DNA from: a virus
Taxonomy: Duplodnaviria > Caudoviricetes
Strand: one strand, 5' to 3'
DNA: 53,778 nucleotides
IMG/VR virus record: IMGVR_UViG_3300032373_000013
Coordinates: 1 to 53,778 of that record
In this document: in pieces, positions 47,100 through 53,778 of the stretch
Layout: every line of letters begins with the position of its first letter
How positions within the stretch are numbered: the stretch's first letter is position 1
Program-made: the position numbers and the translations under genes
Notes under the pieces: generated by a model
The model's input: only the letters and a program-made list of their open reading frames with translations
Database searches by the model: none
Told to the model about the DNA's origin: nothing

Positions 47100-47325
47100 C
47101 TAACTCAGTGACGGGTAGGTGTTTGAGCCTCGCGCGATCCCCCGTTGATCAAGGATTTGCGCTACGGCGGGTAGCGTGCCCGTGCGCCGCTTTCTACGTT
47201 GCGGATGTCGAGACCTACTCGGAGTGAGATCCGACTCGGCGTCCAATGAAAACCGCTCTGCCCAAAGCGGCAGCCCCGTATCGCACGGGTTCTCCGCACT
47301 CCGACCGTCGTCGGCCCACGCTCGC

Positions 47326-47586
47326 ATGAGTGGGGTCGACGGCAACTCGTCTGCGCCCGAGGCGGCGACGATCGACGCGAAAGAGATCGCGTCCATCATC
47401 GGTATGACCGTGGCGACCGTCCGCGAGTGGCGGAAGCGCACGTGGATTCGAGAGCCGATCGACCGTCCGGCGAAGGGGTTCGCGTGGTGGCGCGTCGAAA
47501 TCTACGAGGACCTTGGCCGCCGTGGGTATGGACCGTGGGCGCACAAGTACGCGCCTAGTTCATCTGACCAGCGGGGGACGTCATGA
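47326..47586 (+). CDS. Excisionase/AlpA-like HTH protein
   Basis: IDAKEIASIIGMTVATVREWRKR...P; ATGA overlap with the integrase. Confidence 0.7.
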   Translation: MSGVDGNSSAPEAATIDAKEIASIIGMTVATVREWRKRTWIREPIDRPAKGFAWWRVEIYEDLGRRGYGPWAHKYAPSSSDQRGTS

Positions 47587-48935
47587 CTCCTCCGCGCGGG
47601 CTCGATCAGGGCATCCTGAAGAAGGTCAACGGGGTATGGATCTTCACATACACCGCCATCGACAAGGCTGGAAAGCGTTCGCGCGGCTCTCACACCCTCG
47701 GGCCGTCTAAGCGCATCGCTGAGGCCGAAGCCAGGAAGCTGATCGATAAGCGCAACGAGCGCCTGTACGGAGTCGGTCCCGACGAGCGGCCTAACGAACC
47801 GTGGCGCCCGTGGCTTGAGCGTTGGCGCACTTCCTATGCCAAGGAGCGCGGCGATCTCAATGCACGCAGGTCCGCGGCACGCCTGGAGCGTGTGCTCGAT
47901 GGAGTCGACGCCGTCAGCTTCGGCGACATAACGATCGGAGCGGTGACGCTCTACCTGGACGAGCTGAGCGATCGTTTCAGCGCCTCCACCGTGAACGACT
48001 ACATCGCGAGTCTCCGCGTGTTCCTCTCATGGTGCGTGCAGCGCGAGGTCATCCCCGAGGAGAACGCAATCCGGCCGAAGTACCTCAGCGTGAGCGGTGC
48101 TCTCGAGCGTCCTGAGTTCACAGAAGAGCAGGTTGCAGCGATCTTCGCCGCTGGACGGGCGCGAGACGCTGCGGCTCGGCGGAACTGGGGCGCGTTTGGC
48201 TCCGGCAGTCATGGCCGACTGAAGTACGCGCAGCCGTTCCCACGGATGCACACGATCGAGTTCCTAACGCTGACCATCAGTCGGCCGGGGGCCGCGCGGC
48301 AGGTGCGAAACTGCGATGTCTACCGTGAGCCGGAGAAGCGCTTCGTGCACTTCCGCGCGGCGACGATGAAGGCGAAGAACGACGTCTACGTGCCGATTGA
48401 GGGAGCGCTCGAAGAGCTGATCGATCGCATCGACGCGACCCACCTTGAGATCACTGGGCGCGTAGGGCGCCCGGAGGAGACTCTGCTCCGCTCACCGGCG
48501 GGTCTCCCGTGGACGAAGAACTCCCATCCGCTCGTGAAGTGGTTCCAGTCCGCGATGAAGGACGCGGGGATCGAGAAGGAGGTCCCGGGGTTCAAGGATC
48601 GCGACGTGTACTGCCTTCGCGGCTTTGGCGTGACGCGGATGTTGCGTGCCACACGCGATCCCGTGCTCGTGGCGAAGATCGGCGGCTGGACGGACCCGAA
48701 GGTCATGCTGAGGCACTACGAGAAGCTGAACCTCGGTGACACACGCGAAGCCATCGGCGCGATGCAGTTGCCGACGGGAATCACGGAACAAATCGCTGGC
48801 GAGGCTCCGGACGCCGGGTCGGGAGGCGCACGCGCACCCCCTAAGTTCTGCCGACGTCTCGGCTTGCGACGGCGGTTGCACTCACGGCGCAGCATGACAA
48901 GTGCCGAGAGAATATCTCCTTCGCCTCCCCATTGA
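47583..48935 (+). CDS. int: Tyrosine recombinase (integrase)
   Basis: SASTVNDYIASLRVFLSW core-binding region; catalytic R (SRPG), K (MKAK), YCLR, GGW...RHY. Confidence 0.9.
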   Translation: MTPPRGLDQGILKKVNGVWIFTYTAIDKAGKRSRGSHTLGPSKRIAEAEARKLIDKRNERLYGVGPDERPNEPWRPWLERWRTSYAKERGDLNARRSAARLERVLDGVDAVSFGDITIGAVTLYLDELSDRFSASTVNDYIASLRVFLSWCVQREVIPEENAIRPKYLSVSGALERPEFTEEQVAAIFAAGRARDAAARRNWGAFGSGSHGRLKYAQPFPRMHTIEFLTLTISRPGAARQVRNCDVYREPEKRFVHFRAATMKAKNDVYVPIEGALEELIDRIDATHLEITGRVGRPEETLLRSPAGLPWTKNSHPLVKWFQSAMKDAGIEKEVPGFKDRDVYCLRGFGVTRMLRATRDPVLVAKIGGWTDPKVMLRHYEKLNLGDTREAIGAMQLPTGITEQIAGEAPDAGSGGARAPPKFCRRLGLRRRLHSRRSMTSAERISPSPPH

Positions 48936-49191
48936 CCTCCTAGCTATGTCAATGCGAGACAGAGGTAAACCGCGCCATGTCGAGGTAAGTGAAGCGGAAC
49001 GTCGCCATACCGCGGCGTTTAGGTCGGACCGGACAGCGCTAAACCGCTGCATCTAGATCGACGTCGATGCAAACGCCTGTGAGCGTTTCAACGAACAAAT
49101 CGGCCTGAGACCAGGTCGCCACCGCACCGCGTGACTGGGGCCGCACCCCTAGTCGCGCACCCCACACCACGTGCCATCCCGAGGGGAAGGT

Positions 49192-49683
49192 ATGCCCACA
49201 AAGAAGGACAAGAAAAAGGACCGAAAGCTCCGCCAGGCCGCGCGGCTCTACCGCCAGGCGGAGATCACTCTCGAAGAGGCGGCGCAGCTCTGCGGCGTCA
49301 AGCCCTCGACGCTGCATAAGTCAATGGCGGACGGGGGGGAGCAGCTCCGCCCGCGCGGATGGACGCGGAAGCTAACCGACGCCGACGAGAAGGAGATCCT
49401 CAAGCTCTCGCGAGCCGGGAAGACCGTCGCTGAGATCGCCGAGGCTACGGGCTGGGCGTCGTCCACGATCAGCCGCGTTCGCTCGCGCCATGGATTCGAG
49501 CGTCCCAAGTCGCGGACGCGGATCTACGACGCCGACGGGGAGCTTCTCAAGAAGCGGTGCCCTGCGTGTGACCGTCTCCGCCTGGCGAAGTTCTGGGCGA
49601 TGAACGCGGCGTCGAGTGACGGGCGTCAGGGCTACTGCAAGAGCTGCACGAAGGAGCGCAGGGACGCGGGGAGGGCGGCGTGA
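49192..49683 (+). CDS. HTH DNA-binding protein with C-terminal Zn finger
   Basis: Two HTH-like segments (LEEAAQLCGVKPSTL; VAEIAEATGWASSTISR); CPAC...CKSC. Confidence 0.75.
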   Translation: MPTKKDKKKDRKLRQAARLYRQAEITLEEAAQLCGVKPSTLHKSMADGGEQLRPRGWTRKLTDADEKEILKLSRAGKTVAEIAEATGWASSTISRVRSRHGFERPKSRTRIYDADGELLKKRCPACDRLRLAKFWAMNAASSDGRQGYCKSCTKERRDAGRAA

Positions 49684-49898
49684 TCAAGCGCTTCGCCCGC
49701 AAGGGCGTTGAGTTCTCCGCGACCGACATCTGGCGCGCGATGAAAGGCAAGCCCGACCCGTCGCAACGACGGCGCATTGGCTGCCTGTTCCGTGAGGCGA
49801 AGGACGCGGGCGTCATCGAGCACGCGGACATCCGGCGCACCAAATCCCCGACCCGCAAAGGCGGTCTCGAACACGTGTGGCGCGGAGTGCGCCGCTAG
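49680..49898 (+). CDS. Small basic winged-helix-like protein
   Basis: FSATDIW...IGCLF..A...GVI...VWR; GTGA overlap. Confidence 0.6.
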   Translation: MIKRFARKGVEFSATDIWRAMKGKPDPSQRRRIGCLFREAKDAGVIEHADIRRTKSPTRKGGLEHVWRGVRR

Positions 49899-49994
49899 CA
49901 ATCAAACACGTCCGGCGTCGTGTTCGCGAGATGTGCTCGCGATGACGCCGGACGCTGAACGGGGCGCAGTTTCGCCCCACCCCACAGTAACGAC

Positions 49995-50321
49995 ATGCAG
50001 ATCATTCTGGACGACGACGACATTCAGCTCTTCAACTCTTCGATGGCACGCCTGGAGCGCAATGGGAAGGGCAAGAACTGGTTCGCGACAGGCGAGTTCG
50101 CACGTGAAGTCAGGCGTGCAACTCGGGACGAGTTGTTGGCGAAGGGCGTGAAGCTCAAGACGCGCGGCTGTGCCCGAACACTGAGCCGCGCACAGGCGAT
50201 CGAGGCGTTCAAGTTGCGCCGTGACGGCTTCACGTGGAAGGAGTTGTCCGAGCACTTCGATTGCTCTGAGTCGGCAGTCAGGACGGCCTACCTCGCACAC
50301 GTCGAATCGATCCTCCTCTGA
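49995..50321 (+). CDS. Small protein with C-terminal HTH
   Basis: LRRDGFTWKELSEHFDCSESAVR. Confidence 0.7.
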   Translation: MQIILDDDDIQLFNSSMARLERNGKGKNWFATGEFAREVRRATRDELLAKGVKLKTRGCARTLSRAQAIEAFKLRRDGFTWKELSEHFDCSESAVRTAYLAHVESILL

Positions 50322-50358
50322 TCCCACCCACCCCCTCAACCCCAACCCCTGAACTGAC

Positions 50359-50571
50359 ATGAGACCTCTCGAACTCGACACGGAACCGAAGGGCTGCTCA
50401 CAGAAGCGATCCGGGCGCAAGCTCGAGGAATCTGAATGCAACCGCATCGTAGCGGAGTACCTGGAGGGCGACGAAGACGCGGCGACGATCGCAGTGCGGC
50501 ACTCGGTGCGTCGCGCGGTCGTCGAGCAACTCGTCGGCCGCCACTACTTCCGCCAACGGAGGTCAGCGTGA
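50359..50571 (+). CDS. Small HTH-like hypothetical protein
   Basis: IVAEYLEG...TIAVRHSVRRAVVEQLV. Confidence 0.55.
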   Translation: MRPLELDTEPKGCSQKRSGRKLEESECNRIVAEYLEGDEDAATIAVRHSVRRAVVEQLVGRHYFRQRRSA

Positions 50572-50774
50572 GCGACATCAAGGTGACGTGCCGCGGCTGC
50601 CAGGAGCGGAAGTGCGCGGAGACGGCGTACGAGTACGAGCGTGGTCAACGCCGACCTGAGTGCAAGGCGTGCGAACGCCAAGGTGAGCGAGAGCGCAAGG
50701 CGCGTGCGACGCATGGGCTGGCCGCGCGTCTCGACTCCCGGAACATCGCCTTTTGGGTGGGGAGTGTGGGGTGA
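50568..50774 (+). CDS. Small Zn-finger protein
   Basis: GGAGG RBS; CRGC...CKAC. Confidence 0.6.
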   Translation: MSDIKVTCRGCQERKCAETAYEYERGQRRPECKACERQGERERKARATHGLAARLDSRNIAFWVGSVG

Positions 50775-50777
50775 GCG

Positions 50778-51311
50778 ATGAGTCTCCAGACACGCTACCA
50801 GCTAACGCGGCACTTCGACGGACCGGACGATGGAACGACGATGGCATTCGTCATGCTCAACCCGTCCACAGCGGACGAGCATGTCGATGACCCGACGATC
50901 CGCCGATGCGTTGGGTTCGCGAAGCGTGAGGGGTTCTGCGGCATCCGCGTCGCGAACCTGTTCCCATTTCGATCGACCGACCCGAAGGGTCTGTTGGACT
51001 GCGGTGTAAGTGGCCTCTGCTCCACAGAAGAGGAGATGAGCGCATGGCGCGGCGTGACCTATGGGCCTCGAACGTGTACGACCGTCGTCGCTTGGGGCTC
51101 GCCGCGCTCAGGATCGCTGCGCACGTTGATCGAGAACAAGGCGCGGCTGTTCACCGCATGGGCTCACACGTTCGACATTGCGCTGCACTGCCTCGGCACG
51201 ACGAAGGATGGACACCCACGGCATCCGCTCATGCTTCCAAGGGGCGCAGAGCTGCGCCCCTGGGACGCGACCGGCATTGGGTGCCCGGCGCAGGAGTCCC
51301 CCGATGCCTGA
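50778..51311 (+). CDS. DUF1643 family protein
   Basis: FVMLNPSTAD...DDPTIRRC..FA...NLF..RSTDP...VAWG...HPRHPL. Confidence 0.92.
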   Translation: MSLQTRYQLTRHFDGPDDGTTMAFVMLNPSTADEHVDDPTIRRCVGFAKREGFCGIRVANLFPFRSTDPKGLLDCGVSGLCSTEEEMSAWRGVTYGPRTCTTVVAWGSPRSGSLRTLIENKARLFTAWAHTFDIALHCLGTTKDGHPRHPLMLPRGAELRPWDATGIGCPAQESPDA

Positions 51312-51522
51312 CGGCATCAATCTCCAGCGCTGGTACCCGGTGCTCTCCGGAGGGCGCGCACGTCTCGGCCGACGTAATGCGGAAGGCGATCGCCGCTTCG
51401 CGAACTCTCAGTCGGTCTACCTGGCGCGCGATGTGGACTTGGTCTTCCGGTTGCTCGTTGAACAACTCGCAGAGGCTCGCGGTTCGAAGGACGCGGGGCG
51501 GGGGGTGAAGACCGATGTCTGA
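51304..51522 (+). CDS. Hypothetical protein
   Basis: AGGAG RBS; in-frame ATG 51304. Confidence 0.5.
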   Translation: MPDGINLQRWYPVLSGGRARLGRRNAEGDRRFANSQSVYLARDVDLVFRLLVEQLAEARGSKDAGRGVKTDV

Positions 51523-51892
51523 CCCGACCGAACGCGAGACGTGCCCCCGGTACGACTGGGGCTACGACGGCATGGAGCAGGATGCCGATGGGCTCTACGT
51601 CGATGCCGAAGAGGTTGTGAGCCGCGACGAGAAAATCGCGGAGCTGGAGCACCAGCTTGAAGTCGTGCGTATCTACAGCCGAGACATGGAATGGCTGTCG
51701 GTCGAGCTGATAGCAGAACGCGACGAAGCCCAAGCGAAGCTCGCGGAGGTAATCAAGGACCGCGACCTCACATCAGGAGGACCAGCCTTGCATCGAGGTG
51801 GGCCGGACCACGTCATTAAGGTGACGCCGGATTGGTTCGATCGATGCGACGCACTCTTGGCGCGTCCTACACGGGAGGCTGACCATGGGTAA
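51515..51892 (+). CDS. Hypothetical coiled-coil protein
   Basis: MEQDADGLYV motif; operon packing. Confidence 0.65.
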   Translation: MSDPTERETCPRYDWGYDGMEQDADGLYVDAEEVVSRDEKIAELEHQLEVVRIYSRDMEWLSVELIAERDEAQAKLAEVIKDRDLTSGGPALHRGGPDHVIKVTPDWFDRCDALLARPTREADHG

Positions 51893-52166
51893 CGTCCTCG
51901 GCCCCGACCCCGTCGTACAGCTCGTCATGCACGGATGCTGGTTCTGCGCGGACACCGCCAGAGTCTGCATCCACTGCGCCCACCCCGCGGACACCTTTCC
52001 ATGCGGGAAGTACAACCGGAAGCTCGGCACGTGTCCTGAGTGCAGCGGCAAGCGCCAGCCGCGCCCGAACGTCTCACGCTTCCTCGCGGACGTCTACGCG
52101 CCGAACAAGCGGTACGCCGGGATGAAGCGCCCGACAACCGACAGCCGCAAGGGGAGGGCGTCGTGA
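51885..52166 (+). CDS. Cys-rich hypothetical protein
   Basis: GGAGG RBS; CWFC, CIHC, CPEC. Confidence 0.6.
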   Translation: MGNVLGPDPVVQLVMHGCWFCADTARVCIHCAHPADTFPCGKYNRKLGTCPECSGKRQPRPNVSRFLADVYAPNKRYAGMKRPTTDSRKGRAS

Positions 52167-52249
52167 CGATCGCAGTCCTCATCGGATTCGGGGCATTGAT
52201 CGCCATCGCTCTTGACGCGGCGGAGGCGGAGGTGAGTGACGCTCTATCG

Positions 52250-52274
52250 TGGAAAGATAAGCACGTGCTATCTA
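52250..52274. promoter_or_regulatory. Repeated quasi-palindromic site, copy B: TGGAAAGATAAGCACG-tgc-TATCTA
   Basis: AGATA(A)GCACGTGCTATCT is a near-perfect palindrome; matches 46055-46079. Confidence 0.7.
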
Positions 52275-52561
52275 TACGACCGATCGGTTTACTAACCGAT
52301 ACGAGATCCGGGTTTTGCTTGCAATCTGGACACGGACACGTATCAATCGTGGTGCGCAGAAAAGCGCGCACCCCGCACCCGGCGACAACCGGGGTACGGG
52401 GTACTTCGACACCTGGAACTAACAGGGGCCGCGAATGCGGTCAATATCATGGCTGAGAGACATGACGGGCTCAACCGCGAGCCCGAGACTACGCGCACGG
52501 TCCGTCTAGGGGAAGACCCCGAACGGATGGCTAACGCCCATGTAGTCCAGGAGCTTCATTC

Positions 52562-53602
52562 GTGAGCACCTGCTCCTGCGCCTCCAAGGGCCGCCCAGAG
52601 TGGTTCCCGTTCCACGCGGCGGACTTCCTGAATTCAGACACCTGCGCCGATGTGAACGGCGTGGAGCGCGCCCTCTACGCGCTGATGCTCGTCCTGGCCT
52701 GGAATGGCCCCGGGCTCCCCGCGGACCGCAGACGCCTCGCGAACCGCCTCGGTGTGGACCGCGAGCAGGTGGACGACCTCCTCGATGGCCCAGTCGGCGA
52801 GAACTGGTTCGAGTGCTGTGGAAAGCTCTGGAACGAGCGCATGGAGGAGCAGCGGGTGAAGGCTGAAGCGCGCTCCAAAGCGGGGGCGAAAGGGGGCAAA
52901 GCGAGCGCCGAAAAGCGCCGTCAGAAGGCTTCCAGGAAAGCCTCGGATCCAACGACCGTTCAACGACCGTTTAGAACGACCGTTGAACGACCGTTGAACG
53001 ATCGTTTAGAACGACCGTTGAACGACCGTTCAACGACCGTTGAACGACCGTTCGAACAGATAAGAGGAGAGGAGATAAGAGAAGAGACACTCCCTAGCGG
53101 GAGTGTAGGCGCGCACGCGCCCGCGGAAGGCCAATCCAAGCTCGGGAAGGCACTGGGGGAGGCGCTGGAGCCGATACCGCCCGAGGCCGAGGATGCGCTA
53201 CGGCTCTGGGCCGAGCACCTGACCGAGCGTGTCGGGGCGTCGAGGGGCGTCGCGTACTGGCGTGGCGAACTCAAATCCGCAGGACGCGACCCAGCGGTGT
53301 ACGCCCAGCGTGTGGCGTTCTCGATCTCGAAGGACGCGAAGTCCGTGCTGGCGCCGAAGTCGGACGAGCTAGCGGCGTTCCTCGGCGAGCAGGATTCCAC
53401 GGCACTCGCGGCGCCGGGCACAGGCGGCGTCGAAGCCAAGCATCTCCCGTTCAACGCGAAGTCGGACATCTGGGAGGCCAAGCAACGCGAGGATCGCCGA
53501 CGTCGCCTAGCGGCAATCGACGCCGCCGAAGCCGCTGCGGCCGAGCCGCGCCTCGTCAACGTCGAGCCTCCCCGTCCACGTCTCGCCGGGGGTGACCGCT
53601 GA
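52562..53602 (+). CDS. Replication initiator, DUF1376/YdaU-type N-terminus (lambda O analogue)
   Basis: PEWFPFHAADFL...ERALY..ML..AW...LP....LA...KLWNERM; AGGAG RBS; internal iterons. Confidence 0.85.
   Translation: MSTCSCASKGRPEWFPFHAADFLNSDTCADVNGVERALYALMLVLAWNGPGLPADRRRLANRLGVDREQVDDLLDGPVGENWFECCGKLWNERMEEQRVKAEARSKAGAKGGKASAEKRRQKASRKASDPTTVQRPFRTTVERPLNDRLERPLNDRSTTVERPFEQIRGEEIREETLPSGSVGAHAPAEGQSKLGKALGEALEPIPPEAEDALRLWAEHLTERVGASRGVAYWRGELKSAGRDPAVYAQRVAFSISKDAKSVLAPKSDELAAFLGEQDSTALAAPGTGGVEAKHLPFNAKSDIWEAKQREDRRRRLAAIDAAEAAAAEPRLVNVEPPRPRLAGGDR
52951..53052. repeat. Nine iterons AACGA(C/T)CGTT; probable replication origin
   Basis: Copies at 52951, 52962, 52975, 52986, 52997, 53010, 53021, 53032 and 53043, followed by a purine-rich tract. 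Confidence 0.85.
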
Positions 53603-53778
53603 TGGGTGCCCATAACGACCCGCTGAACGCGCTGGGATTCACCGACGTGAACGGCCAGCTCGAGAAGCTCGCGAACGGCTACGGCCGCAACGAGCCGAAG
53701 GACGCGATGGTCCACGTCTGGGTTGCGAGGCTCCGTGAGTCGCGTGTGAAGCCCAAGGAGCTAGAGGCCGCCGCGGAC
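53602..53778 (+). CDS. 5' part of the junction-spanning ORF (continues at 1-466)
   Basis: MGAHNDPLNALGFTDVNGQLEKLANGYG reads into the repeat. Confidence 0.7.
   Translation, partial: MGAHNDPLNALGFTDVNGQLEKLANGYGRNEPKDAMVHVWVARLRESRVKPKELEAAAD
53649..53778. repeat. Terminal direct repeat (right copy)
   Basis: Matches 1-130. Confidence 0.97.

Noticed and set aside
52163-52456. Possible TM-led ORF MTIAVLIGFG...
   Set aside because: The N-terminus is plausible, but the rest runs through site B and the hairpin array; not supported enough to list.

Overview
The window is an apparently complete, circularly permuted, GC-rich temperate dsDNA tailed phage genome of about 53,648 bp: positions 1-130 recur at 53649-53778 with one synonymous mismatch. 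The virion module is podovirus-like: terminase, portal, scaffold, capsid, adaptor, nozzle, collagen fibre and three ejection-type proteins, with no tape measure or sheath. A ~10 kb block of beta-helix and Calx-beta virion proteins sits upstream of terL. A leftward early arm carries YqaJ, ERF, SSB, a QVxx-repeat protein, tRNA-Asn, an aberrant tRNA-like gene and an HNH-AP2 nuclease. The rightward arm carries xis/int, HTH proteins and a DUF1376-type initiator with internal iterons. I found no CI-type repressor and no endolysin. The most unusual part is 44.0-47.6 kb, where an immunity module would normally be. It encodes an IS1595-transposase-like Zn-ribbon/HTH protein whose DDE domain is replaced by a transmembrane helix and a small unrecognised domain. 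That domain recurs in the next gene. The region also holds a retropepsin-like protease pair, a lipoprotein, folded + strand intergenic RNAs, and a 25-bp quasi-palindromic site that recurs upstream of the replication initiator. All family calls come from reading motifs by eye; no searches were run.
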